Assembly (NCBI GenBank): GCA_964016885.1
Contig: OZ024742.1
Location: forward strand, 224,564,001-224,628,000
DNA length: 64,000 nt
Direction of reading: 5' to 3'
From: Eledone cirrhosa
Lineage: Eukaryota
Numbering within the stretch: position 1 is the stretch's first letter; each line of letters starts with the position of its first letter. The notes beneath the pieces were generated by a model. It did no database searches and was not told where the DNA came from. It was given only the letters and a program-made list of their open reading frames with translations. The position numbers and the translations under genes are program-made. Of the stretch, positions 13,728 to 28,319 are shown piece by piece.

Positions 13728-13925
13728 AATAAACATAATTATGCTATATTGATACTTCGTTCCAGCTACTTATTATTTTCCCCAATGGTAGAGAAACCTA
13801 TAGTCGTCTGAATGGCTGTTATTTTTAACAACACAGGATTGACTTGTCCACCGTGCTCTCGCCTTTACACACGGTACCATACCAATAACTGCTTTATCAT
13901 TCATTTACTCTCATTCTGAGGCAGT

Positions 13926-14915
13926 TTGGAATGCCAGCTGAGCACCAGTATCGGTGGAACATCCACCTCGGCGTTCTATAGAGGACTAGTGGAGGGGAAG
14001 AGCGACAACGGTCTCGGAGAGACCCTGGGCGTCGAAGAAGATCAGCTGTTTGCTCTCTTCCGGAGAACTTTCAGCCCAGGGCCTATGGATAACTTCCAAA
14101 AATCCCTGGCCTGGCAGTGCTACTGGGGAGCGTTGCCGCTTCGAGATAAGCTCTACAGGCACGGAAGTGCCGTCAGCCGAGCCTGTCCGAGATGCGCGCA
14201 GAGCGACGAAACCGTCGTGCACGCACTCGTTCAGTGCCCGAGCATTGCTGATTTGTGGGGCTTTGTCGAACTGTTGCTGTCGCGTGTGGAACTAATCCGG
14301 TTATCGACTGAGTCCATTGTGCAGATGGTCTCACCGTCTTCCTTCGAGGAGGAAGGGCAGGCGGTTTTGATCTGCCTGGTGGCCATGGCGAAAGAGATTG
14401 TGTGGCGGACAAGGTTGAAAGGGTTAAAGACAGATACTTTCCTCTTCGGCGAATCCCTAATTAACTTTTTCAAGTTTCACTTGAAGAGGAAAATCAGGGT
14501 GGAGAGGCAAGTGCTGCCTTCTAGCAAGTTTGTTGAAAGGTGGGTGAATGTAGCGAGAATGGTCCGAGTGAACGGGACCGCTCTGAATATACGCCCGTAG
14601 TTTGAGAAATGGAAAAATTGAGAGAGGGCACATGCCCTGGTGGTCAGGGGGGCCGTGGTCTTTTGTGCGGTTTTCGCCACGAGTAACCCTCAGAGGTTTC
14701 CCCCCTATTGGGGAATTTTTCATTGTTTCAATTTTCATTTTTATTGTTTATATATATATATATGTTTCTATGTCTTTTTTTTCTTTTTTTATATAAATAA
14801 TAAAAATCTTTACACACACAAAACCCACATCGTACCGTCCTGTACCGTTCTGTACCATCCTGTGCCGTCTGTAATGTTTTACTTGATGTCAGCCCTTGTG
14901 GCCAATAAAGAAATC
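13926..14915 (+). mobile_element. 5'-truncated L1/Tx1-clade LINE: ORF2 C-terminus plus 3' UTR
   Basis: Open 224-aa frame 13926-14600 with the zf-RVT-like knuckle CPRCAQSDETVVHALVQC and a KEIVWRTR motif, followed by a T-rich 3' UTR, AATAAA near 14904 and an (ATT)n tail. Confidence 0.85.
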
Positions 14916-14930
14916 ATTATTATTATTATT

Positions 14931-15042
14931 GCCGAGGTTGACTTTGCCTTTCATCCTTACGGGGTCGATAAAATAAAGTACCAGTAATGCACTGGGTAAT
15001 TGCTGGACTTGTGCCTAAAGTAGAAACAATTATTATTATTAT
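14931..15042 (+). mobile_element. 5'-truncated SINE A
   Basis: Starts at GCCGAGG and ends in (TAT)n. Confidence 0.88.
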
Positions 15043-15688
15043 TACTGTTGTTCTTTGAGTCTCAGTCATTGATGTTATTTAACTGGAAAGTTTGTTGAAA
15101 TGAATATCAAGCCACTACCCGCAGCCTCAGATATTCAGGACGTATCGGAGGTTTCTTGCTGGTCCCAGCAAGCATGCCTTTTGAAGTGTTCCAAAAAGCG
15201 GGGCTGGACTAATTTTCTTTAACCATCATTGAAAACTCTTTGAGATAGTACCTAGTGCACCTATGACAATCGTGACGACCTTGATTTCATGGCAGTTCCA
15301 AATCCTTTTTACCTCCCACTTTAAGTCTTGGTATCCTTTAATTTTCTCCCTCTCCTTTTCTTGCACTCTAGTGTTAAATGGGCAGGCTACATCTACAATC
15401 AGGCACGATCTTTTTTCCTTGTCCAAAACCACCAGGTCAGGCCTATTGTGTTCCAGTTTCTTGTCCGTCTGTATCCTAAAATCCCACAGCACCTTCACCT
15501 GATCGTTTTCTATCACTGACTCTGGCTTATGCGCATACCACTTTTCCGAATGTGGCAAATTGTTTACTTTGCATAGATACCAGTGGATCACCCTGCCCAT
15601 CACATCATGTCTCCAGCCTTTATAGTGAGTCTGGGCTAGGTGTTTACACTCGGATACAATGTGAGCCACAGTGTCCTCTCTCTCTCCA
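15043..15688 (-). mobile_element. 5'-truncated Dong/R4-clade non-LTR retrotransposon (restriction-like endonuclease domain)
   Basis: EDTVAHIVSEC..YKGWRHD..LWDFRIQTDKKLEHNRPDLVV..IVDVACP..EKIKGYQDL..IVIGALG, then after a stop and frameshift LQKACLLG.AR.LR.VL. Flanked on both sides by (TAA)n/(ATT)n. Confidence 0.9.
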
Positions 15689-15689
15689 C

Positions 15690-15726
<37 letters not shown>

Positions 15727-17020
15727 CATGTGTGTGCGCGTGTGTCTATATATACATATATGTATGTGTATATACACACACACACATGTGAATCTACATA
15801 CAGATAGAGAGAGTGAAAGAGAGAGAAAGAGACGTGCATCATCATCATCATCATCTTCAATATGTTTTTGATTATGCAATACACAATTAATCCCTAATTA
15901 GTGGTGGGTCCGGCAACCCTATCTGTCAGTCGTGTTTATTTTAATTTATTAAAGTTTATTCATGCATGGCATCCTAATCTGGTGAAGCCCATTCTTGTCT
16001 GGGTCTAAACACAGACAAATAGAAAGAAAGAAAGAAAGTGAGAAAGAGATATAAAGGATATACTGGACTAGTGCTTTATTTATCGATCGCTACTTTATGA
16101 AAGGCAAAGTTAATCTCGGAGGGATTTGAACACTGCGCGCCACAGAGAGCAGGAAAATATTAGAGCGAAGTATTCTCTCCGACATTCTAACGACTCTGCC
16201 AATTCACCGTCTATAAACATAAAGTTTATACTTACTATAAAATTGCTACTTGTAGTAAGTCGGACGTGTTAGTTGGCTGTGACATGTGTTTTTTCTGTTG
16301 GTTCAATCCTCCTCGTAAACTGTACCTTCTAAATTTTATTGTCTCATGAAACGCTTCGCTGAATACGCAGTCATACATGACCAACAGTAAAACAATGGAA
16401 TGGACAGACCTCCATCGGTTTCGACAATGAATGTTCCAGTTGTTCGATCAATGGTACAGCTTGCTCGTGAAATTAACGTGCTACTGACTGAGCATTACAC
16501 AGACACGTGTACTTTTAATGTAATTTTCAGGTAGATTTAACGTGACACTGTGTGAGAAGACTGGTCCCCTGAATAAAAGGTAGACTCCACCAAACTGACC
16601 GGTTTCGAAACAGTTTCCGTCCCCCAATTTCAATAATAAGACTTGGGTTGACCTGAAGCTATAGTAAATGACATTTTCCCAAGATTCTACGGGGGGCCGT
16701 AATGAATACAGAGCGAACTCCTAAACCATTCGGCCATGTTGCACCCATAAGTAAGTAAAACAATCGTAGTTAAATGTTCCTTCAAAATCAAACTCTTCCC
16801 TAATAAAAAATATACGGCCACATTGGATGTATTGTTTCTCTTAAATACGCATTGACTAAATAGTCTGAACATGTGGTTGGATGGCCACGGATGGAATGCC
16901 TTAGAGCTGTTCTAAACATCACTATATATATAGACTCATTTAATGGCTAAATAAATATTGAACACTATTAAGTACTTTTTCTCCCGTTCATCAATAATAC
17001 ACACACACCCATATATATAT

Positions 17021-17103
<83 letters not shown>

Positions 17104-17104
17104 C

Positions 17105-17190
<86 letters not shown>

Positions 17191-17214
17191 CTTAGGTAGG
17201 TTAAGAATGTACAT

Positions 17215-17285
<71 letters not shown>

Positions 17286-17631
17286 TACATGCATACATTC
17301 ATACATCTCTGCGCATACCTACATACATACATGCATACATACTTAAATACATACATACATACATACATTCATACATACAGAAACCCCAACGTAAGAGAAA
17401 TTTGAGTATTCTAATATGAAGCTCTCTATGTGTTATCTCTTGAGTTCACACAGTTCTGTTGTTACACAGCTGAAAGTAATGTTTGCCCCAATAATGTCTT
17501 ATTTAATTATATATATAGCAGACTTTATTAAATGATGGAAAAATGCGTGAAAACTGTAATCTAAATATAATTTTGGATGATCAAAGTGACTCACAAAATT
17601 AATCTCTCACACACACAGATGCACACACGCA

Positions 17632-17680
<49 letters not shown>

Positions 17681-19026
17681 ACACACACACACACACACAT
17701 ACACATACAGAATCACACACACACACATACAGAATCACACACAAACTCGCACTCAGATACACGATCTTTGGGTGTCTTTAAGAGAGCTCATCTAGTTGCA
17801 AACATTCAGGCTTATCTTCTTCCGACTTAGTTATTTATAATCTGGGACCACATCATTCAATTTCTTCTAGACATTTTAACCCTTTTCACACCAAACCGCC
17901 TGAAATCACCCCTGTTTCTATGATACAAATCTGTATTTAAAGTGTTTATTTTATCCCAAAACCTTCATGTAAGAACCAATGCATGGTATTCTGGGCCAGT
18001 GTCATTTACCATAGTTCCCGGCTGGCCTATGACTCGGGAGGGAGATTGGGTAGGTGGAAACTCTTTCGAAGTCTATGGATAGTCTGTAATGGTAATTCAA
18101 AGGAACAATTTTGTCACAAAATGAGTCACACTGAATTACTTTGAGGGTACACGAGTCTGCGGAATGCTCAGCCACTTTCATGTTAATTTCCCAAGCAGGA
18201 TATTACGCTCCTCGTCGAAACTATTTAACTGAATACGGATTTTCAAACAAAATATACATACTTGTGCTTGTGTGTGTGTGTGTGTGTGTATGTGTGTGTC
18301 TGTGTATACACTTTGTTTGGAAATCAGCGCGTTATTTTTCTCCTTGTCCTTATACAGTCGTTCGAACGTCAGATAGAATGTTATATGGTATTCGTTCCGG
18401 CTCTCTACTCTCTGAGTTCAAATCCCACTGAGGTCAACTTTACCTTTCATCCTTTCGAGGTCGATAAAAAAGTACCAGTCTAGTACAGGGGTGGGTTCTT
18501 CCTCTGTATCTCTTTCTCATTTCCTCTCTCTAACTTTCTATCTTTCTCTGGAAGAAATCTGCTGTACTCAGGCCAGGAGAGGGATGGGCTCCGCCAGTCT
18601 TAAAATACCCACGGAACGCCGTATGTCAATACGGTGCTCCTACAACTCTATCAGGAGTTACGGGACTATACGTACATCTAACTGTTTTAAGTCTTGCCAA
18701 CTTATTAAGTGAATATGTTTGGCTAAAGAGATCTAGTAAAATCGGGGCATGTCAACTGCTCTATCCCAGTCGATCCACTTCCATGGCTTTCTTTAAAAAT
18801 TCTTAAATCAGGCAAGGCTATAAGAATTATTTTCCTTGTTTGCTTCCATGGGTGACCACCCCTAATGAAGGTTTTGTTTTTGAAATTTTGAAAAAAATTG
18901 ATTTGAGGTTTTCCTCCCATTTGCCATATTTAGACAGCGAGACTATGTGCATGTATACACTATATGCAAAGCGCTCAACTCAGGGTTTTTGTTTCGCTTC
19001 ACCATGCTGTTCAAACGCACACACAT

Positions 19027-19060
<34 letters not shown>

Positions 19061-19373
19061 GCAGTCATACACACACATATATATATATAAATACATGTAG
19101 GTATGGGTATGGGTGTGGGTGTGTATGTGAGTTTGTGCGTGTATATAAACATACATACATTATATATATATGTGTGTATATGTATGCATGTGTGTGTGTG
19201 TGTGTGTATACATATATATATTGTTATACTTTGGGAGGGTCATGTTGCCAATAAGAAACACACGCACCAGTTGCTTTCACTTCAATTTATTATAAATTAA
19301 ATTTATAAATTTAAGAATTTATAAATTTCTGGTTGGTTGGTTGGTTCCACAACCAGACAATTGTTCATATATT

Positions 19374-19416
19374 GTCAAAGTTCTTTCGTCACACATTCTG
19401 TGACCTCTTCAGTGAC
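19374..19416 (-). ncRNA. Hammerhead motif, inverted twin of 19721-19763
   Basis: Reverse complement of the same motif. Confidence 0.8.
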
Positions 19417-19720
19417 TGGGAATTCTTTTCTTTGTTTTTGTGCTTCTCGATTGTTCGGTCCTACGCCATCTTGTTTTTGTGTGTGTTGTGTGCTTAGTTT
19501 GCGCATGTGTTACATCCGGGTGTCTGTGTGTGTTTATATTTGTTTATTTATTTGTTTATTTATTTGTTTATTTACATGTTACTGGTTGGTTGTTTGTTCT
19601 ATGTGTGTGTCTGTTTTCATTTTGTCCTTAATTGTAAATTGTGATGTTGCTATTCCACAAAAACAAGATGGCGTAGGACAGAACAAAGGAGAGGCACAAA
19701 AACAAAGAAAAGAATCCCCA

Positions 19721-19763
19721 GTCACTGAAGAGGTCACAGAATGTGTGACGAAAGAACTTTGAC
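19721..19763 (+). ncRNA. Minimal type-I hammerhead motif
   Basis: GTCA-CTGAAGA-g-[GTCACA gaatg TGTGAC]-GAAA-GAAC-TT-TGAC. Confidence 0.8.
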
Positions 19764-19971
19764 AATATATGAACAATCGTCTGGTTGTGGAACCAACCAA
19801 CCAACCGGAAATTTATAAATTCTTAAATTTATAAATTTAATTTATAATAAATTGAAGTGAAAGCAACTAGTACGTGTGTTTCTTATTGACAACATGACCC
19901 TCCCAAAGCATAACAATATCGGTTTCAACACACGTTTTCAGATAAAGAATCTTGCTAAACAAATTCAGAAA

Positions 19972-20024
<53 letters not shown>

Positions 20025-20053
20025 GATTGGTGCTCTGAAATAACGATGTATAC

Positions 20054-20363
<310 letters not shown>

Positions 20364-20457
20364 TATATATATATATGAATATATATAGAGAGTTTCACAA
20401 GATCCCATTAAGGGTGAAAGCACCGATTCTTTGCTTAAACTTTAATCTGTTATTTTA

Positions 20458-20546
<89 letters not shown>

Positions 20547-20844
20547 AATATAAAATATTAAAAAAATAATGAATAAAACAATGAAACAGTTCCTTATATT
20601 AAACAAAAAAAGTTCATTATTTAACGATCGTTTCTAGGATATATATGTGTTAGAATTTATCTACATATATATAAATATATATATATATATTAAAATAACA
20701 GATTAAAGTTGAAGCAAAGAATCGGTGCTTTATTTAATTAGTATTATTATACAATCATTTTATATATATATTATTATATTAATAATTTTATATATATATT
20801 GTTATATTAATATAATTATTTAATTAGTATTATTATACAATCAT

Positions 20845-20919
<75 letters not shown>

Positions 20920-21102
20920 ATTGTATAATAATACTAATTAAATAATTACATAAATATATAGAAATATAGAAATAAAATTGACATTTACAGTGTTGTAATT
21001 AAAATATACTTGAAATATATGCAAAAGAACATCAACTAATTTCTTTGTAATTACTTGAGTACACTACATAATGTAGTATTTATTGTATCCTTGTTGCGTT
21101 GT

Positions 21103-21424
21103 GAAGGCGCATGGCTTTGTGGTTAGGTTATTCGTCTTACAATGGTAATGTTGTGAGTTCGATTCCCAGCGGTGCGTTATGTCCTTGAGCAAGACACTTT
21201 ATTTCACGTTGCTCCAGTTCAATCAGCTGGCAAAAATGAGTTGTACCTTTAGTTCGAATGGCCAGCTTTGTCACATTTTGTGTCACACTTAAAATCTCCC
21301 TGATAACTACGTTAAGGGTGCGCTTGACTGTGGAATGCTCAGTCACTTGCACGTTAATTTCATGAGCAGGTTGTTCTGTTTATCGGATCAACTGGAAGAC
21401 TCATCGTCGTAATCGACGGGGTGC
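21103..21424 (+). mobile_element. tRNA-derived CORE-like SINE (family B)
   Basis: GGCGCATGGC..TGGTTAG head, GTTCGATTCC box B, TGTCCTTGAGCAAGACACTT CORE-like block. The 3' part is shared with copies at ~2245-2460(+), 2510-2715(-), 16410-16745(-), 17980-18200(+), 25680-25985(+), 34860-35330(-) and 52325-52510(-). Confidence 0.75.
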
Positions 21425-22374
21425 ATCATTGCATTGTACTAATTTTAATATATTTAAGAGGTATTTAAAACAACGGTGACTATATTTTTCAGTTCATAGC
21501 CTTAGCAAAGCCTACGTAATTCTAGGCATTCCAGGATCAAGCAGGCGTTGGGCCACCAGGAACAATGTGGAAGCAACTGAGAGGTCAACCAAATGGCTAT
21601 GACTGAAGAGAAGTGACCGGTGAGATCAGTAGTATATATGTCACTTAAACACAGTCTGAGACGTGATCAACCTCGGTTCGGTCACATGAATGCAGATGTA
21701 TGTTATAAGACCCGAAATACCCATTGACTCCAGATAACAACATTGATGTCGTATCCAAGGATTTACACCTGTAGTTAGGTCACATCGATGAGGGTGTACA
21801 TGGAGGTGTACATGACCCGAAAAATCAAGTGACTCTCGGATACAACAGGGATGAATGCGTCCAAGGTTTTGCATATATGAATGTGTTAAGAACTTTTGTA
21901 AATAATTGGGTATACTAAGGAAAACATCATTGGATGCAACATATTTTATAAATATTTACTAGTGGGTCCGTACCGTCAATAATGATGGCAATGGCGTTGA
22001 ACGTATTTCATTTTTGGAGTCCACGATTAGTATATCATATATGCCAAGATTACCGGATATATGAACACTTATACAAACTGAGAAATCTGCGTTTTGAAAA
22101 ATTGATGGTTTACAAAAAAAAAACGCCTATACTTTAAGTTGATAATTAACATGTGAAAGTGATTTATGATATTTTAATACGTGTTCAGCATGTATGTATA
22201 AATGGCATACAGGTTTAAATGTATGAATAACTTTGGAGAAATAACTATTTACAACGATAAATGTAGATTTAGAACCCAGGAACTTGTGACTGGAAAGCTA
22301 ACTGCTTACTGATAGGAAACTTATCGTGTTTGAGAGTGTACGTTTCTGTATGTACGTCTCAAAGAGTTACGGAC

Positions 22375-23594
22375 GGAATTTGGCAACATCTACCGACAGA
22401 CTTCCTGACTTACCATGGGATCCAGCCTGTTGGGTTTACTGGCCATCTCATAAATGAACCAACTCAAACGCCGAGTGCTCAGCACCTTCCGCTCCTGCGC
22501 ATTCTTCACTAGATATCCTTATCCTCACATCTTCCCATGAGAATGACAACAAGATATTCGAGTTGTTCAACAACACAAACGAAAACATAAGGTTCTGTAT
22601 AGAACATCCGTCCGACATTGGATCTCGCGCTTCTCGATTTCAGAATGGACATCACCGAAAGCAGCGAAATCAACACCAATTTCTATCGCAAAACGGTTTG
22701 CATGGACTTTTTCGTCCACCACAAATCTGCCCTCTCCAGCCGCACTAAAAGAGGGTACATAAAATGCGAAATTGCGTGCATACACAACAAATGCAGTGAC
22801 GCTTCAAGTAAAGCCACCCGCATTAGACAGTTCCGCAGGGTGTTAAAATCAACGGCTACCCAGCCTCTTTCTCTTCCGCACAGCGGAACTCAAAACCTAG
22901 AAGACGGACCAACTTATCCAACAGTTGCTTCTTCAGGATTCCCCACCTCAGCGAAAAAAACAGCCAACGCCATACGCAGGACATTCGACTGGCCCACTCG
23001 GGACCTTCGCTGCAGAGATTTCCATAAAAAAGACAGCCCCCCCCCCCCTCAACGAGGGAAACACGTGCACCATAAGTAATTTCGCTATCTACAGCACTAA
23101 CTATTGCCTGAGTGACTACGTGGTGTATAGGTTAGAATATTGGAAGTGCAGTCAATTCTACATCGGCAGCACTTTTCGACCCTGCACCTCAGAATAAAAG
23201 AACACATTACCACAAATACCTCGTCTTCCATAAACATATCCTCAAATACAATAACTGTTTCTACTTTAGGCACAAGGCCAACAATTACCCAGTGCATTAC
23301 TGGTACTTTATTTTATCGACCCCGTAAGGATGAAAGGCAAAGTTAACCTCGGTGGGATTTGAACTCAGATCGTAAAGGGGCGTAACTATACTGGAAAGCA
23401 TGGCGTCCGACCCTCTACCGATACTGCCAATCCACCGCCCTTATCTCAAATACAATATCCTCAAATACAATAACAAGGATAAGAAAGTGTCTACTCCAAC
23501 CTTGGCTACTGAACGCAGTATAGACATCCTGAGATTCAAAGAAGCCCTTCTGATTAAGCGACTAGTGCCTTCCATTAATAACAGAATGGAATAG
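22375..23594 (+). pseudogene. Penelope-like retroelement RT plus GIY-YIG endonuclease remnant, frameshifted and interrupted by a SINE
   Basis: Fragments across frames: YRQTS*LTMGSSLLGLLA (RT motif B), FNNTNENIRFCIEHP, LALLDFRM...FYRK...VHHKSA (RT end/thumb), VVYRLEYWKCSQFYIGST / LHLRIKEH (GIY-YIG), LRFKEALLIKRLVPSINNR. Confidence 0.88.
23253..23440 (-). mobile_element. SINE A inserted in the PLE endonuclease remnant
   Basis: Full-length copy; CTCAAATACAATA is duplicated on both sides. Confidence 0.9.
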
Positions 23595-24386
23595 AAATGA
23601 GGCACAGTAGCAGATCTAGCTTGATCCATACTCCCGACACATTCACACACACACAAGTCAAACACCTGATTGCCGGTACAATCTTTTATACATACATGCG
23701 TATTTAAACACAAACACATTCATACTTACACATATATTTACACTCACATTCACATATATATGACACATACGTATAACTACATGTCATTACATTTACACAC
23801 ATACATACGCTTTTAGATATTTACACATATATGTTCTTAGATATTTACACATATATGTTCTTAGATATTTACACATATATATACATACCTACGGATACAT
23901 TTATGTACACTCACATATGTCATATACATGTTTACGCACACACACCCACACTTTCTTACATATACGCGTTCATACATACACACACATCGATACATTGGCA
24001 ACACAACACATATCACATAACATATATGCACACCTACAGATACATATACATACACACACATTTCATTACATTTACATACATACGCACTTACATATTTACA
24101 CATATATACATACGTTATATACATGCCTACACACACACGTTCTTGCATTCCCGATACATACATGCGTATTTTCATATTTACATTCGCATTCACATATCAT
24201 ATATGCACATCTACGGATACATTTACGTACACATACACATTACATTTACACATATACATATTTACACATATTTACACTTTTATGCACTTACATTGACGTA
24301 CATACACACACACACACACATACGTCATATAAATGCTTACACGCACAAACGATCCTGCATACATGCACATAAGCTCGTGTATACAC

Positions 24387-24422
<36 letters not shown>

Positions 24423-24535
24423 TCAATAAATATATACATTAACAGCACAACTCGTGCGTTTACGAAATCTAAAATATAATTAGCTACCCGGAAGGAAATT
24501 TCTGATTTCTCCGAAGAATCTATTTCTATGAAATT

Positions 24536-24585
<50 letters not shown>

Positions 24586-24621
24586 TGTTAGCTTCTCGCT
24601 ACAACAATTTCTATACCTTTC

Positions 24622-24679
<58 letters not shown>

Positions 24680-24762
24680 ATAATAATAAAATTGAAGACT
24701 AAAATCCAAAGAGGGCTCGATAAGGATAAATATATAACAAATATATCAGAACCGTAGAGCAA

Positions 24763-24907
24763 ATATTTATTAAAATAACAGATTAAAGTTTAAGCAAAGA
24801 ATCGCTGCTTTGACCCTTAACGGGATCTTCTGAAGATCTGAGTTTCAGAAGATCCCGTTAAGGGTGAAAGCAGCGATTCTTTGCTTAAACTTTAATCTGT
24901 TATTTTA

Positions 24908-24915
<8 letters not shown>
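24763..24915. repeat. Palindrome (72-bp arms, 9-nt loop) in a dispersed (TA)n-embedded family
   Basis: Family copies at 9490-9625, 20390-20462, 20690-20731 and 49893-49980. Confidence 0.92.
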
Positions 24916-24974
<59 letters not shown>

Positions 24975-25070
24975 TATGTTTTATATATATATGTATATAT
25001 ATATATATATATTATATATATATATATTATATATATATATATATATATAAGTATGTTTTATATATATATG

Positions 25071-25102
<32 letters not shown>

Positions 25103-25111
25103 TTATATATA

Positions 25112-25232
<121 letters not shown>

Positions 25233-25309
25233 AAGTGTGATAGTTTGCTTGAAGCACTGTGGAATATATAAAGTTTCATTCGAAGGAAATATATATATAT
25301 ATATATTTA

Positions 25310-25405
25310 CAGGATGTCCCCAAAAATGTATACACAGTTCAACAGCATTCTGATAAATATTGCCTGTACAGGTAATCAAAGTGTGTATATATTTTTGGGG
25401 ACACC

Positions 25406-25408
<3 letters not shown>
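25310..25408. mobile_element. Tc1/mariner-like MITE (~100 bp); partial second copy at ~57600-57680
   Basis: TIRs CAGGATGTCCCCAAAAAT / ATTTTTGGGGACACCCTG flanked by TA. Confidence 0.7.
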
Positions 25409-25445
<37 letters not shown>

Positions 25446-26154
25446 ACAGATGGTGCATTATTGTGGTTGCTTGCATCATTGTAATTACTGTATTTACCGT
25501 CAGATAACACGCGCTTTTAAAAGAATATAATAAAAAATGTGCTGCGCCTAATGTGTCCGTATAACGGATGTGAGATTTCCGAGTGCTGTAGATTTAGGTA
25601 ATCAGATGAGCATGTTTGACCAGGTTTTACCCATTTGATTTGTCAGTGTATACCAGTATTCATTGATACAAACGTATGGACACAGCATTGTTGAATGGTT
25701 CGCTTAACAAAATCAATAGGGCCTGGGTTCGATATCACTATTTACCATAGCTTCGGGTCATTCAACCCTTGTCAGTGAAATCAGGTAAACAAAAAACTGT
25801 TTTGAAGCCTGTCGGATGAACTGTACCTTGTTACAGTGTATCCTCCTGAATCTCACTGGGAATTACATTAAGAGTACGCGTGACAGAGGAAGATTCAGCC
25901 ACATATACATTCATTTCATGGGCATGCTGTTCCGTGGATCGAACAACTAGAACATTCATGGTCGGAACCGACGGAGGTCCATTCCATAATACAAATCTAC
26001 TAATATTTTCTTTACTGCTATGACATTTAATTTAATTAACTTTCCTTACGGTTAAACTTATAATATATTTGATTTCATAATCTATCCCACCCACTCTGTT
26101 GTCATACACAGAATCACATATTTCCCTTACAAAGCCACATTAAAATATCTATAA

Positions 26155-26330
26155 AAATTAGAAATGTAGTCCCCCCCCCCCCCCCCCCCCAACGCAAATA
26201 GTTATAATAATAGTCGATTACTTCTCCAATTAATTTCAGCTTTACCCGATTTCTTTCTGCTATTATTTATAATGAGCGACTATTGTTATAGTTATCTTTG
26301 TTGGGAGGACTGCATTTCGAATTTCGAATT
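26155..26330. repeat. Old imperfect palindrome (MITE-like) with a poly-C expansion
   Basis: AAATTAGAAATGTAGTCC..ATAGTCG / CGACTATT..GGACTGCATTTCGAATTT; a half copy at ~26865-26915. Confidence 0.55.
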
Positions 26331-27087
26331 TTCTCAATGCTTTTTTAGTCAATCGAATGTTATCTTTCAATATATATATGATGAAACATACTAGAATTGT
26401 TTTTCGCAAACTATATTTGTGCAAGGGCACGTGTTATACAACGGCAAATACGGCAAAAATAGTAAAATATATCTAAAATATATTTAAAACAACAGTAACT
26501 ATATTTTTTTGCAATTAACTGAGTATACTACAAAATATGATAGCAAGCTCTCTGGGGACGAGCTTAGGTAAAGAGAAACAGCAGATATAAAGATAATACA
26601 TACAGAATATATTTATTGCACCATTCTAATAAAAATATATGTTGATTCATTGAAGAAAGTTTTTTTAAAAACTGAAAATGAAAATCATGAATAAAAACCA
26701 TGATTTTGTTTTATCACACGCATTTTTGTGGAATTTTAATTCATTTCTATATCTGAAATATATTCAAAACAACAGTAACTATATTTCTTAGTAATTAGCT
26801 AAGTGAATTACATAATGCTTTGTTGAAAAAATATTTATTTTCTCAGCTATTATTCATACTGATTGACTATTGTTATAATCATTTACATTGGGAAGACTAC
26901 AATTCAAATTTCAAATTTTCGTAATATTTTTAAATTTAACTGAATGTTACTTAAAATGTATGTAAAACAACATCAACTACAGTTCTTTTTAATTAGCTGA
27001 GTATGCTACAGAATGAGATAGAATGAAAACTTGCTAATGAATAAAAATACGTAGAGAGAAACCACAAACACATATAGATATATATAT

Positions 27088-27120
<33 letters not shown>

Positions 27121-27558
27121 CATATAAAGCGATAATCATTACCTCAGTGACACCTCACCATCTGTCCATAGTCTTTATATAGTGAAGGACCAAAGCAAAA
27201 TGAAATAGAACTCTTCAACGACGAGCGGGTAAACATTGATTAAAATAAGAAGTGAAAATTTGCTCTGAATGACTGCCGGCAGCCATTTTTTTCTATCTGT
27301 TGCCATTAATGTTATATTTTTGTCTTTGCTTTTAGTTTATAGTTTGTTTTATCATTTTTAAAACTTATTTATTACACTTTCAATTAACAGATACACACGC
27401 ATACCCGCATATACAAATATACATGTGTGTGTGTATATATTTATATATGTATACATACATACATACATATATATATATGTGTATGTATTTAAATATACAC
27501 ATATATATATATAAATGTATATACATATATATATATATATGTGTATGTGTATGTATAT

Positions 27559-27659
<101 letters not shown>

Positions 27660-27808
27660 CATACATACACCCGATCATATGATCGATGTCATCCACAAAT
27701 AGGAAAGAAACTCGATATTAAAAATAGAATAGGTTTATGTGTTTTATTCAACGCTTTCCTTAAAAAGGAAGCACTGGAATATATAATCTCTCTCTCTCTC
27801 ACTCTCTC

Positions 27809-27941
<133 letters not shown>

Positions 27942-27944
27942 GTG

Positions 27945-28043
<99 letters not shown>

Positions 28044-28047
28044 ATAC

Positions 28048-28150
<103 letters not shown>

Positions 28151-28319
28151 TAAAAGTAGAGGATCGATCGAGATTTCGGTGGTTATATTGTTATAAGAGT
28201 TAATATAGTGAACTACTTATTACTACCGCAGAGAAAAAGCTCAATACATTTGTGGAGAAACAATTTTATTATAGATCTCGGGAAGTTAAGTGCCTTACTG
28301 TGGCACTAAACGAATCTTT

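Larger units (their letters stand above)
19218..19919. repeat. Inverted repeat (~260-bp arms) carrying twin hammerhead motifs
   Basis: 19218-19481 versus 19656-19919; an isolated terminal fragment of the same family lies at 41322-41356. Confidence 0.92.

Noticed and set aside
19218-19919. Transition-rich differences between arms as a fossil of ADAR editing
   Set aside because: Too few sites and mixed directions; ordinary transition bias explains them.
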